From: Planctomycetota bacterium
Lineage (GTDB): Bacteria > Planctomycetota > UBA1135 > GCA-002748355
Direction of reading: 5' to 3'
Assembly: GCA_026984035.1 (NCBI GenBank)
Contig: JALSSW010000051.1
Span: 2,707 to 66,706 of the forward strand
Length of the DNA: 64,000 nucleotides
Each line of letters starts with the position of its first letter. The first letter of the stretch is position 1. The notes beneath the pieces are model-generated. The model was not told where the DNA came from. It saw only the letters and a program-made list of their open reading frames with translations, and did no database searches. A program made the translations under genes and the position numbers. This document shows positions 49,271-59,882 of this stretch, one piece after another.

Positions 49271-50380
49271 ATGAAAAGGATCCCCATCGTGGCCATTCCC
49301 CTTTTTCTGAGCGGAGTTCTTCCCGGACAAAGCTCCTCCCAAGCCAAAGCCGCCCAAGCCATCCTCAGCCTTGAGAAAGCGAGTCAGGCTCCCGCGAGCT
49401 TCCGCCAACTCCAAAGCATTCTCCTCCTTTTCGAGAAAGGCTTGGATCGAAATGGTTGGGATCAACTCGGCCGCTTTTACCGAGATCACCCTCAGGTCAA
49501 AAACCGAAAACTCTTAGACCGGGTCGAGGCTCTGGCCATTCACTCCCTTATGGACCCAAGTAACAAAAATGTGGATCCCGTAAAGCGGGCCCGCGCCCTA
49601 TTGATCGGGCTGCGACCCAGCTTGAAAAATACCCGAAGAGAAGCCATCAACCACTTGGTCCCTCGCGCGCTTGGCAAACTTCTCCAAATGGAAGCCAAGA
49701 CTGCAAAACAAAGAAAAGAAAGAAAAGAAAGAAAAAGAGCCAAGACAAGCATGTTCAAGAAAACCCTCCGGCCCATCCTCGCCGTCCTTGCAAAAAACGC
49801 AGGAAATGGGCTATCACGACAAAAGGATGCAGCCCAACGTGCCCTGCTCCTCGGAGATGAAGAAGCCAGAAGGGCCTGCTACAGGCTCGCCCTCAAATAC
49901 CCCCAGGGTCCAACACGCAGAAGGATCCTCAACTTGGTGCGAAAAAAGGGCCTTGGAGCCGAAGCTGTCCCAGTGATCGGCCAAGGATTTCACTCCCAGT
50001 ATCCTCTTCTTCATATTCGCGCAGCCCGAGCCTTGAGAGAACTGGGAGCCAAGGAGGCCCTCCCTCTTCTGAAAAAAGAGAGTTTCCACCTGGCAAAGCT
50101 CCTTGCGAAACTGCGAAGGGCAGGAAATGGAGGCGCGGGGCCACGGGGCAATCTTTCGGTGATCAAACAACAAGCGATCATTCGAGACTATAACGTCGAG
50201 GTCGCACAAAATGCTGCCATCGCCGACCCCATTGTGGATGTCATCAGCGAAGGAGTCGTGTTGGACGTGAAGGTATTAGGTGTTTCCGTCTTTCGACACA
50301 TCCTGCTAGCAAAGCGCGAAGTCGATAAGGCTTATCACGCCCTCAAACCACCTTCTTCGGTGAAACGAAGTCACAATTAG
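49271..50380 (+). CDS. Exported HEAT-repeat protein
   Basis: Signal peptide; helical repeats (IRAARALRELGAKEALPLL). Confidence 0.7.
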   Translation: MKRIPIVAIPLFLSGVLPGQSSSQAKAAQAILSLEKASQAPASFRQLQSILLLFEKGLDRNGWDQLGRFYRDHPQVKNRKLLDRVEALAIHSLMDPSNKNVDPVKRARALLIGLRPSLKNTRREAINHLVPRALGKLLQMEAKTAKQRKERKERKRAKTSMFKKTLRPILAVLAKNAGNGLSRQKDAAQRALLLGDEEARRACYRLALKYPQGPTRRRILNLVRKKGLGAEAVPVIGQGFHSQYPLLHIRAARALRELGAKEALPLLKKESFHLAKLLAKLRRAGNGGAGPRGNLSVIKQQAIIRDYNVEVAQNAAIADPIVDVISEGVVLDVKVLGVSVFRHILLAKREVDKAYHALKPPSSVKRSHN

Positions 50381-50458
50381 ACCCAGCCGGGGATCGGCCC
50401 GAAAAAAAACCTACGCGGAGGTCGCGCAGAAAACCTTCTCTAGGTTGTCTCTCCGGAA

Positions 50459-53400
50459 TTATTTAGTCCTTCTGAGCTCAACCCCCTTCTGCTTGTTGCG
50501 GAACAGCGATTTGAGACTTTCACCACCCTTTTCTTGCAAACGCTGTAGCTGGATGTTGTTCATCTGAAGAAGATCTGTCTGCACCGGTTTTACCTTCGAT
50601 TTGGCACGGATAGGGACCTGCCCCGTGGGACTCGGTAACGGCAATCCAAAGCTCTGCTTGCTCCGATAAAAGGCATACGTCTTCCCCGACTCAACAAGGG
50701 CGGTTACATGACCCGCCAAAGCATCGGCGACAAACACTCCCCGAAGGTCTGTCTTACCAGACTGGATTTTTGGAGAGCCACTCCCCAAGACTTTCACTCG
50801 AGCACCAGAAAGTCTTTGGCCGGCCTGAGTCACGTTGAGCCTTAATCTTCCCTGCCTTGGAAATTCTTGAGCTTCGATTCGGATCCCGGTGCGAAGCAAA
50901 AGCCCGGAACTCTTGAGGGAACCAGTCCGTGCAATCACCAAGAACGCACCCTTGGATCCCAAGGGCAGGGAAACCTTTTTTTCGAAATCCAAATAAGGTC
51001 TCGCCCCTTCCAAAAGAATTTTCAACTGCAATGTCGGCTTGATTCCAAAAAGTCGGACATTGCCTATATCCGACAACGAGCGCCGGAGCAGGTAAAGGCG
51101 CATGAGATCCACCTTGTAAACAAGGATTTCTACTTTGCTGAGATTGCGAGTCTGCAGCTTAATCGAAGGATTCTCATCTGGAGCAACCACAGTGGTTTCG
51201 GGAAGATGCAATTTCTTTCTCTCGAAATAAGCAGCCGCCTCCTTGGCTTCTACAAAATCCTTGTCGACCTTATGGTAAAAGGGAAGGGCTAAAGCAGGAT
51301 CCCCCTCAGCGTGGTAACATTGGGCCTCCAAGAATAGGGCCAGCTTACGGTTGGGGCTGGGCCCTTTCCGCCCACCGCTCAAGAGAAACTTCGCATGGAT
51401 GACAGGATCCAAAACCTTTCTGGCCTGAGCAAAGTCTCGTTGCAGGAAACGGGCATAACCCTCCAGGTATAGGAAATCGTCAAACCAAGGCGAACTCGCA
51501 TAGGTTTTGGTCGCCCGCTTTAAGAGGGCGAGAGCCTCCTTCCACTGCTGGGCTTCGAGGGCAATATTGACCAGAGAATAGCAGACCTCATCCGCATCTC
51601 CATCGGAGGGAAAACGTAGGAGAAACTCATAGCAAAGGTCCCGCGCCTGTTTTTTTAGTAACATCGCGCTGCCGATTTTCGGATCCAAGCGTCCTGCCTG
51701 TTTCCGCTTTTCGGCCAAAGCATTCATACCCTGTGCAAGCGAATACATGGCCCGACGAATCTCCGAAAGCCCCGGAAACTCAAGGAAAAGTCGGCCCATA
51801 ACCATTAGTGCATCTTGGACGCGACCTCGGTTTTTGAGGGTCCCCGCCACCTGAACCTCTCGTAGAAACAGCGTCTCCGCCACGGCCTGAAAAACGTAAA
51901 GGGACCGCTCAAACTCGCCAGCTTTGAAGTAAGCGTTTCCAATTGCTGCCATATCATCAAAGCCCAGCACAAAGTCCGGATTGCGATCCTTGAGAGCTTC
52001 AAACAGTTCGAGGATGGGTTTGCCCTTTCCTCGGATGAGGCGCACCGTCAGCAAGCGTTTGGCGATTTCGAGAAATGGCCCCTTTTTCATCTCCTTGCCG
52101 AACTGCTTCATACAGGCTTCCAGAGGTTCCTCGACGCCAGGAAGAGTTGAGGGGTTTTTCCGAAGCCCTTCTCGTCCCAGAGCATCAAACCGTCTCAAGC
52201 CCAGGTTGAAGAGCTCATCCGGAGTGGCTTTGCGAGGAACCCTGGATGCTTTGCCGTCCTTGACCACCTTCAGTGCAAGGGGACTTCCGAAGCGAGGCTT
52301 GCCGTTGCCTCTAAGGCTCACGACTCGAGTGGGAAGAATATGATAGGTACCTGAATAAACTCCTCGCAGGGCGAAACGAAAAACAAAATTGCTCTTTCCT
52401 TGGGCTCGACAGAAGAAGCGTATGCTTCCCCCTCTCATCTCCACGAACTGGAAAGGCCCCTGAATCTCTTCGCGCCGAACCATGGCCCCCCCAGGCAGAT
52501 TCTCTTCCACAATAAAATAGCGAAACTCTTCGCGTTTGTTTTCGGGAAGGTTGATCTCCAATTCTTCTATAATCTGCCGTCCCGCTTCCACACGATCAGT
52601 TTTGTTTTCCCAAGTTTGAAAACCTTCCCCCATGATGGAAAAACCCTCCCTCAGAACTGCGCCATCTACGATCGGAGGGGCTTGGAGGTAGGCCCGCTTG
52701 ATATGAGGATCTCCCATGCGATCTTTGGGCATCCCCACAGTCCAAGCCGAAAGCTGGGCGGACCATGCGACTTTGCCCAAACCCGAGCTTACGAAATCCA
52801 CGAGGACCTCGCCACCTTTCAAAAACTTGGATGGGACTTCAAAGACCTTGCCTTGGGGGTGATCGCGAAGAGACAAACTCTGAGTCCAGACTCCATGTCC
52901 GAGATTGATTTCAACCCGGGCAGCCGCCTGGCCCAGTTTCTTGTATCGAGAAGCTAGGAACTCACTCACAAGGGCCGCAACCACACGATCTTCCCTGTTG
53001 ATCGCCGCTGTTTTCGAAAAGGCCCAGGACTCGCCTCTTGCCCTAAGTTCGGGATTCGCTTCGGCCTCCTCAAGGGCCAGATAAGCCCAAGCCAGAGATC
53101 GGTCCCCGCCTGTCCCCCCATCCTTGGGGGTTCTCCCGACTTTCTGTTCGAGCAGGGGCAACAACTCTTTAGCCAGCCCCGGCCGACGCATCCGAAGGGC
53201 AGCCAGAACTAAGCGCCCCAACGCACCAGCACTCATCCCCTGGCGCCCTCGCCTAAGCTGATTGAATTTCGCAAAGTCCGCCATTCCCCCTTCGGCCATA
53301 GCCAAAAAAGCTAGGGTCGCTTGTTCCAAAGAAGAGGAACGAAGCCATGCCATTCCCCGATTGCGAACACGCCCGAAAACCAGGGGATCCACGGCAAAAC

Positions 53401-56400
53401 CAGCCTTAAAAGCCTTCTCAAAAAACAACCAGGGATACAGGTTGGTTTCGGGCAGGTCCCCTAAGCTCCGGTTGCCGATCCAAGCGAAGTTCCCCCCTCG
53501 CTCCGCGCTGATCAAGGAAGCAAGAGTATTTCGAACCTGATCACTAAGCGCTCGCGAGAGGAGGGCATCACTCCGCTCCCCTCCCAGCTTTTGCCAGAGC
53601 CCGAGGGCTCCCAAACCCATCGCAGCCCGATCCGTCGTCAAGGCAAGCGGAGCAATCCGACTCGAGAAGAGAAAATCTCTAACGATAACTTCGATCGAAG
53701 GTGGTGAAACACGAATCACCAACCTTCTGTCTCGATGCGGCCCCTTTCCTAAGTTGAGGCGGACTCTCCGGGAACCAGAGAAAATTCCTGCTTTCGCAAT
53801 CTGATCGGGCAAGGCCCAGGGATACACGAAAAAGGGATGGGTCACGCTCTCCTCCCCCACCCGAATCTGTAGGGCGTGGGAGCCGACTTGGAGAGCTCCA
53901 TCCCCAAGGCCCAGAGCCTTGGGATCCACAAAGACACTGGCCATGGAGCCAGCGGGAATTCGCAGGGCCTTCCTCCGCAAAGACCCTCCATCAAGAGTAA
54001 AGAGAAGTTCTCCTCGGATTTCCTCCTCGCTGCGGTTGTGCACTTCAATTTCGCCCTCGAAGCTGTCCTTTTCAGTGAGGATTCGAGGTAAACGAGCACG
54101 CAACACGATGGGGTTGCGCGTTTGAACTTCCGCCTTTGCTTCGCCAAAGAGGCTTCCTTTATCCACCCCTCGGAGACGAAGAGACCATTTTCCAGCCCGT
54201 TTGGGGAGCATACATTCGAGGCGTGCTCTCCCCTTGGCATCGGTCCGGACCACGGCCCGCCAAACCGAAAGATCCGAAGGAAGAACTCGGTTCGGGTCTT
54301 CCTGTGTGAACCTTCCCAAAAACTGAGATCCGAACCTCGACCCAAGGCTCGAAAGTTGTTCGGACCCAAGACCGTTGCCTGCTCCCCAATTTGAGCCGGG
54401 ACGCATCCCTTGGCTTAGATTGCCAAAATTCTGGGCTTCCTTATCAAGCTTCCGGTCCTCCCCCATTTTCTTGGCTGCCCCCCTCCTTTGAGCTGTTCTC
54501 CTTCCAGCCCTTACCCTCAGGCCTGGGGAAGAGGGTCCATAAGAGCCCCCAAAAGCATCGGCGGGGCCCCAGGGTTTATCCCCCGACTTCGCTTTCTCCC
54601 TCTCTTCTCGATGGAGATTGAGGTTGACCAAGCGGGTGGGAGGATTGAGTTGGAACGTACAGGAGCTCTTCGTCAGAACCTTCGTATCCCTACGAACATT
54701 GGGACCGAAGAAAACCTGATAGAGGCCCGGACTGTGATCCTTGAAGCGTTGCAAAACAGCTGCGTCCACTGCAGCGAGCGAGAACTCAGCCTCTACGGGT
54801 CGACCCTGGCTGTCTCGAACTTGGATGTCCACCCCCAGTTTCTTGCCTGGAGCAAGAACTTTGGCACCCAGCTTCATCTCTACATCCATGGGAACAGAGA
54901 CCGTAAACTCCTTGCGAGCCGCATGCAGCTTGGATTTGTCAACCATAGCTAAGGCATAGGCGAAGTTGGGAGCATGGCGCTGCTCGATCTTGAGGCGAAT
55001 CGTTGTGACGCCCGAAGCAATGACCCGAGGCTCAAAGTCCAAAACTCCGCCTGCCTCGGTCGTCAACAGGCATAACCTGGGTTGACTGCGATTGACGATA
55101 CGCAGTTCAACTTGGTCCCCCACCCGCGCGTGCTGGGTTCGCGCAAGAAGCCGCAGCTTGATCTTGTCTTCCTTGCCTGAGACAAAAAACTCCTTGCGAG
55201 CCTCGACCCGATGTCCAAAACGATCCCTGCCTGCGACGACAAGACGGTAGTTTCCCCCCTCCCCCAGATTGAAGCTTGCAAAAGCAATCCCCCGCCCTGA
55301 CACCGTCTTGAGGCTTTGGCGTGCAGCCACCCGCGTTTCCACTCGTCCTTCAACGGTAAGCAAGCGCATGAGGGTAAACTCAAGTTCTCGAACCAGCGGC
55401 TTTCCCTCGAAGTCTGTTGCTTTCGCAACCGCTTCCAGGAACTCCCCCGCAAGGAAGATCCCCTGGGGAATTTTTAGATCCAACTGAAATCCGGTCTGTT
55501 TCACAGGAACGATTTTTTGACCGAAAGCTTCCTCCTCGGGTATAGAGGCAATCAGAACGATGTCTCTAAGGGGACGCCTTGGGTCCGTCTCAAAGCGGAA
55601 GCTGAACTCCCCCGCTCCATTGGTCACGCCTTCATAGACTTTCTGCCCTTCTAGCAGAGTAGAACGAACCTGAATCTTGCGACCACGAACCGGTCCACCA
55701 AAGAAATAGCGCGCCCGAACCTTTCCCTTAAGAGGCTCGCCACGAGTGATCGAACGATGCGGCAATACGATCTCCAGCGACACCTTGGGAGGGTGAAAAT
55801 CAAGGACCTCAACCCTGTAAGAAGCAAGAAAGCGGCGATCCTTCTTCCGAAACAGCTTAAGGATCCAAGTTCCAAGGTTAAGATCTTTTGGTAAACGAAA
55901 GCGGGTATGGAGAGTCCCAAACTCCGAAAGCTTGAGCTCATGCACAAAGAGACTGCGGGAGCCAGGATCTACCAGAGCAAGTCGATATTCTTTCTCCTCC
56001 GGTAATACGTAGCTTCCATTCATGACATCGCGCAAAACAGCTTTGACCCCAATCCAATCCCCCGGTCGATAGCTGGGGCGGTCGGTGTATATCACACTGG
56101 TCGGAACAAAACTCCGCGCTTGGCCACTCGTCCCCAAAGGGTGCAGGTCACTGAAAGCCACGCCGTCTTTGCCGACAACCAGGACACTCCAGTTTTTCCC
56201 TCGCTGCTCGGGTTTCAGGGGAAAGTGGCAGCCTCCCTTTGCATCCGTCCTAGCCTCGGCGACGATTTGCTTTCCATTGGAAAGAAGGACACGAACACCT
56301 GGGGCCGGGTCCAGTGTCCTGGTATTTTCTACGAAAGCAAAGACCTCATTTGTGCTCACTTTTTGGATCAAAGCAAGGTCCGAGACAAGCACAAGAGAGG

Positions 56401-58198
56401 TGGCCTCGCGTTCCCCGTCATCTACTTTAACAACCCAAGTGCCCGGTTTTCCGGCAGGCATCTCAATCTTGTTTTCGAACTCCCGGTAGGCCTGGTAGTT
56501 TTTGACCCTCCACTCAAAGGAGCGGTCAGGAGAAATGGCTTCGATGGCTAAAGAAGAGATCCCCGAGGATCCAAGCGTCCCGCGAAAATAGTCTTCAAAA
56601 TCCAAGTGATACAAACGCAGCCGAAGCTTTTCGACATTTCGGCTACGGACAAGCAAGTGGGGTTTTTCGTCGGTTTGAAAAACCCTCTCGGTTTTGACCA
56701 CGAGGGTTTTCCGGCGCAAGGCAGAAAGCCGCTGACGGGCCAAACGGCGATAAGCCCCACCCACCTTCTGGTAGGCTCTGGCAGCGTCAACAAGTTTGAA
56801 CTCTTTGGTTTCGAGAATCAGGGCATAATAATAGGAAGCGGCTGACGCTTCCTTGCTTCCATGGAATCTGCGCTCGCAATCTCGGTAAAGCCTCTTCGCA
56901 GCCTCGAACTGCTTACGCTCTTCCTCCATTTTTCCGAGGAGAATGTAAATGCTCGGATTCCGGCGGTCCAAGGGATGGCTCTGGACAAAGGTCAGAAAAA
57001 GGGATTTGGCCTTGTCAAAGCTTTTTGGGCCAGCGCGGCGTGCGGCGAGAGCCTTGGCATATTCGAGGTTCATAATGGCGCGTTGACCCTCTCGCCATTT
57101 GGGGTGAGAGGGAAAGCGTTGGAGGAAGGTTTTCCAGGCGGCGATGGCTTCGTCGTAGCGACCCAGGGATTCGAGCCAACGCCCCCTGAGGGCGGCGGCG
57201 TCCGCGATCAAGCCGGAGGCATGGTCGCCGAAGGACTCAAAGAGGCGGGACAGGGCTCGTAAGGCTTCGGAGATGCGACCAGCGGAGGCACGTGCGCGTG
57301 CAGCCTTCAACAGGGCTGCGGAAGCACGCTTGTCCTTTGGAAAGCTCTGGACAAAGGTTGTGAACTCTTCATCTGCCAGGTTCCAAAGCCCGAGTTTTTC
57401 AAGGACCAAGCCCAGCTCAAAGTGGAGATCAGATTGGGGTTCTGCCCCTTCACGCAACAGGGTTTCTAGGGTAAGCCGTGCGCGCTGGAGGTCACGCCCC
57501 CCACGGATCCGACTCTTGGCAAATTGAAGGCGTTCATATTGAGCGCTTTTTTTCCCTTCGCGCCGTTGGATTCTTTGGAAAAGTTCCAAGTAACGGTCCC
57601 CCGCCTGGCCATATTTCTTGGCTTCAAAGGCCAGAGCAGCCGCACGCCTTTGGAAGGCAAGAGTGTCCTGGGCAGAGAGACCGAGGCCTCGAGCAAGATC
57701 CAAAAATTGAATTGCTGTTAAATAATCCTTGGGAATGCGCCCCAATGCCCGATCCACAAAACCTAAATAAACCTTGGCCAAGTCCATCCGGCGAGAGGGG
57801 TTGAGGAGTCTTTGCAACTCCTGCTGATAGATGCGGGCTGCAGGCTCAAAGGATCGACTCCGTTCCAAGGCGGCCGCTTTGCCAAAGCGAGCCAAAGCAG
57901 AATAACGCCCATTTGGGCTTTGCCGAAGGAGAGCATCAAAACGCTGGATTGCAGTCCCATAACGACCGGCTTCGAGCAAAGCATTCGCCGCTAAAAAGCG
58001 GAAGCGCTGGACCTTGGTCTCACTTCCTTTCTGGCCCTTGGCTTTGGACAAAGCGGCGTCCAAAAGCCGAATCGCCGCATCGTAATCCCGCCCGATCAAG
58101 GAATACACAGCCTCCTGCCAAGGATTTTGCTGGGAGCTGGGAAAGAGGAGGAGGGGAAGGAGCGCAAGCCCATTCCATAAAGCTTTTCCAAACGACAT
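50459..58198 (-). CDS. Giant TPR + alpha-2-macroglobulin-family protein
   Basis: N-terminal TPR array; MG domains (YTDRPSYRPGD, LSEFG, ARYFFGGPV, SLAAVD, LPRILT, VEENLPGG); C-terminal TPR and MG-like repeat. Start placed at ATG 58198. Confidence 0.88.
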   Translation of the reverse strand: MSFGKALWNGLALLPLLLFPSSQQNPWQEAVYSLIGRDYDAAIRLLDAALSKAKGQKGSETKVQRFRFLAANALLEAGRYGTAIQRFDALLRQSPNGRYSALARFGKAAALERSRSFEPAARIYQQELQRLLNPSRRMDLAKVYLGFVDRALGRIPKDYLTAIQFLDLARGLGLSAQDTLAFQRRAAALAFEAKKYGQAGDRYLELFQRIQRREGKKSAQYERLQFAKSRIRGGRDLQRARLTLETLLREGAEPQSDLHFELGLVLEKLGLWNLADEEFTTFVQSFPKDKRASAALLKAARARASAGRISEALRALSRLFESFGDHASGLIADAAALRGRWLESLGRYDEAIAAWKTFLQRFPSHPKWREGQRAIMNLEYAKALAARRAGPKSFDKAKSLFLTFVQSHPLDRRNPSIYILLGKMEEERKQFEAAKRLYRDCERRFHGSKEASAASYYYALILETKEFKLVDAARAYQKVGGAYRRLARQRLSALRRKTLVVKTERVFQTDEKPHLLVRSRNVEKLRLRLYHLDFEDYFRGTLGSSGISSLAIEAISPDRSFEWRVKNYQAYREFENKIEMPAGKPGTWVVKVDDGEREATSLVLVSDLALIQKVSTNEVFAFVENTRTLDPAPGVRVLLSNGKQIVAEARTDAKGGCHFPLKPEQRGKNWSVLVVGKDGVAFSDLHPLGTSGQARSFVPTSVIYTDRPSYRPGDWIGVKAVLRDVMNGSYVLPEEKEYRLALVDPGSRSLFVHELKLSEFGTLHTRFRLPKDLNLGTWILKLFRKKDRRFLASYRVEVLDFHPPKVSLEIVLPHRSITRGEPLKGKVRARYFFGGPVRGRKIQVRSTLLEGQKVYEGVTNGAGEFSFRFETDPRRPLRDIVLIASIPEEEAFGQKIVPVKQTGFQLDLKIPQGIFLAGEFLEAVAKATDFEGKPLVRELEFTLMRLLTVEGRVETRVAARQSLKTVSGRGIAFASFNLGEGGNYRLVVAGRDRFGHRVEARKEFFVSGKEDKIKLRLLARTQHARVGDQVELRIVNRSQPRLCLLTTEAGGVLDFEPRVIASGVTTIRLKIEQRHAPNFAYALAMVDKSKLHAARKEFTVSVPMDVEMKLGAKVLAPGKKLGVDIQVRDSQGRPVEAEFSLAAVDAAVLQRFKDHSPGLYQVFFGPNVRRDTKVLTKSSCTFQLNPPTRLVNLNLHREEREKAKSGDKPWGPADAFGGSYGPSSPGLRVRAGRRTAQRRGAAKKMGEDRKLDKEAQNFGNLSQGMRPGSNWGAGNGLGSEQLSSLGSRFGSQFLGRFTQEDPNRVLPSDLSVWRAVVRTDAKGRARLECMLPKRAGKWSLRLRGVDKGSLFGEAKAEVQTRNPIVLRARLPRILTEKDSFEGEIEVHNRSEEEIRGELLFTLDGGSLRRKALRIPAGSMASVFVDPKALGLGDGALQVGSHALQIRVGEESVTHPFFVYPWALPDQIAKAGIFSGSRRVRLNLGKGPHRDRRLVIRVSPPSIEVIVRDFLFSSRIAPLALTTDRAAMGLGALGLWQKLGGERSDALLSRALSDQVRNTLASLISAERGGNFAWIGNRSLGDLPETNLYPWLFFEKAFKAGFAVDPLVFGRVRNRGMAWLRSSSLEQATLAFLAMAEGGMADFAKFNQLRRGRQGMSAGALGRLVLAALRMRRPGLAKELLPLLEQKVGRTPKDGGTGGDRSLAWAYLALEEAEANPELRARGESWAFSKTAAINREDRVVAALVSEFLASRYKKLGQAAARVEINLGHGVWTQSLSLRDHPQGKVFEVPSKFLKGGEVLVDFVSSGLGKVAWSAQLSAWTVGMPKDRMGDPHIKRAYLQAPPIVDGAVLREGFSIMGEGFQTWENKTDRVEAGRQIIEELEINLPENKREEFRYFIVEENLPGGAMVRREEIQGPFQFVEMRGGSIRFFCRAQGKSNFVFRFALRGVYSGTYHILPTRVVSLRGNGKPRFGSPLALKVVKDGKASRVPRKATPDELFNLGLRRFDALGREGLRKNPSTLPGVEEPLEACMKQFGKEMKKGPFLEIAKRLLTVRLIRGKGKPILELFEALKDRNPDFVLGFDDMAAIGNAYFKAGEFERSLYVFQAVAETLFLREVQVAGTLKNRGRVQDALMVMGRLFLEFPGLSEIRRAMYSLAQGMNALAEKRKQAGRLDPKIGSAMLLKKQARDLCYEFLLRFPSDGDADEVCYSLVNIALEAQQWKEALALLKRATKTYASSPWFDDFLYLEGYARFLQRDFAQARKVLDPVIHAKFLLSGGRKGPSPNRKLALFLEAQCYHAEGDPALALPFYHKVDKDFVEAKEAAAYFERKKLHLPETTVVAPDENPSIKLQTRNLSKVEILVYKVDLMRLYLLRRSLSDIGNVRLFGIKPTLQLKILLEGARPYLDFEKKVSLPLGSKGAFLVIARTGSLKSSGLLLRTGIRIEAQEFPRQGRLRLNVTQAGQRLSGARVKVLGSGSPKIQSGKTDLRGVFVADALAGHVTALVESGKTYAFYRSKQSFGLPLPSPTGQVPIRAKSKVKPVQTDLLQMNNIQLQRLQEKGGESLKSLFRNKQKGVELRRTK

Positions 58199-58514
58199 TG
58201 CATCCTCGGGAATCAAGAGTGAGAGGGGGCCGGAGACCAAGAATCAGGATACAACGGATCCTTTCCAAAACGGTTCCCAAGAAGAAAACCTAAAACCGAA
58301 AAAGCTCCCTATGATCCTATATGACTGAAGGCCTCGCCCATCAGTGGGGGGTAGGGAAGAAAAATCGCCCGGTGGATGGAGCGAAATGATGGATCCAAAA
58401 GGCAGAAACGTAAAAAAACAATGACAAGCAAGAAGACACCTTGTCATTGGAAAGAAAATGATAGAATAGGAAGGATTCTCAAATCCCTTCCCTCATCCCC
58501 AGAGTCATTCCAAT

Positions 58515-59501
58515 ATGCGAAATCTAAAAAAGAGTCTCTCTCTCTCCTTTCTTCTGGTCGGATCCGGCTTTCTGCTCGTCTCCTTTCTTCAGGGAAGAGG
58601 TAAGGGCGTGATCGAAGGCGAATTCCAAATCCCGAAGAATGTCACCAAAGCCTTTCCTGCCTGCGGCCAAGCCTCCTGCCATGGAACCGGATTCCCCAAT
58701 GAGAGAGGGGTCGTGACCCCTGTCATAAAAACGAACATTTCCATTCAGCTCGGAGCCAAATCCCCTATGACTGTTACTCTCCTGGGGGGAGTGAAAAACA
58801 GCACTCGTGGCGGATTCAGCATGGACACGGACCTCGGAACCTTCACTCCGGGAACCAGCACGCGAACAGGAAACGCAAACAAATCGATCACGCACAACAC
58901 GAGCCTAAACCGAAGCTGGACTTTCAGTTTCAGCTCCAAGAAAACCGGACTGGCAAAGATCACCATGGTTGGAAACACTGTGGATGGAAATGGACGGAAT
59001 TCGGGAGACTCCTGGGCTTGGTATGGACCCAACACGAACCTTCCCGGAACTCCTTTCCGAATCTTCGTGAACGATTCCAAGATCTTTCCCTATGGAAGCT
59101 CCTGCAAAGGAACGAAAGGCTTTGCTCCTCTTATTGGGAGCGCAAAGAACGCTGCCCTGGGCCAAACCACCACGATTGAAGCCTACAACCTCCCACCAGC
59201 CGTGGCGGTCATGAACATCCTCGGATTCTCCAACACCAGCTTTGGTGCCATCCCCCTCCCCCTGGACCTCAGCTTCCTGGGGGCCAAGGGATGCTCCCTC
59301 CGAGCTTCCTTGGACCTCAGCCAAGTCGCTCTCAGCAAGGGGACCGGAGCCGGGAACGGCAGCGCAAACTTTGCCTGGCCCATCCCCAATCTAAGTTCTT
59401 TACGAGGCATCAATCTCTACTTCCAGGCCCTGGTGTTTGACAAAGGAGCCAATGGACTTGGAATAACGACAACGATGGGACTCAAGATCACCATCCAATA
59501 A
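58515..59501 (+). CDS. Secreted protein with Reeler-like domain and C-terminal beta-rich domain
   Basis: Signal peptide; CGQASCH..GGF..ITH..W.F....GN.VDG.G..SGD; C-terminal PLDL..GC.L..LYFQ. Confidence 0.7.
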   Translation: MRNLKKSLSLSFLLVGSGFLLVSFLQGRGKGVIEGEFQIPKNVTKAFPACGQASCHGTGFPNERGVVTPVIKTNISIQLGAKSPMTVTLLGGVKNSTRGGFSMDTDLGTFTPGTSTRTGNANKSITHNTSLNRSWTFSFSSKKTGLAKITMVGNTVDGNGRNSGDSWAWYGPNTNLPGTPFRIFVNDSKIFPYGSSCKGTKGFAPLIGSAKNAALGQTTTIEAYNLPPAVAVMNILGFSNTSFGAIPLPLDLSFLGAKGCSLRASLDLSQVALSKGTGAGNGSANFAWPIPNLSSLRGINLYFQALVFDKGANGLGITTTMGLKITIQ

Positions 59502-59510
59502 CGCAGGAAC

Positions 59511-59882
59511 TTACTCGGAAGGGATCTGGGGAGAAGGATAGGTCACTCGAACAAGGGTCCTGATTCCTCCCCGGACCTTAAAGTGGCCTTCGAGAACAAG
59601 CCGCCTAGGGTGAAGGGCGGCGATCAAATCATCCGCAATCTGATTGGAGACTGCCTCATGAAAAGCCCCTTCATTCCGGAAGGACCAGAGGTAGAGCTTC
59701 AAACTTTTGAGCTCCACGCAGAGCTGATCAGGAATGTAGCGAATCTCGATCCTTGCAAAATCAGGCTGCCCAGTCTTCGGACAGAGACAGGTGAACTCAG
59801 GACAGTCAAGCTGAATCTCATAGGAACGATTTGGATTGGGGTTTGGAAAAACCTCCAGTTCCTTGCTAGGTTTCGTCGTCAT
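59511..59882 (-). CDS. queF: NADPH-dependent preQ0 reductase (type I)
   Basis: [31 protein letters not shown]. Confidence 0.96.
   Translation of the reverse strand: MTTKPSKELEVFPNPNPNRSYEIQLDCPEFTCLCPKTGQPDFARIEIRYIPDQLCVELKSLKLYLWSFRNEGAFHEAVSNQIADDLIAALHPRRLVLEGHFKVRGGIRTLVRVTYPSPQIPSE

Noticed and set aside
49708-49737. AAAGAAAAG tandem repeat as a phase-variation tract
   Set aside because: The 9-bp unit keeps frame and simply encodes RKERKERK.
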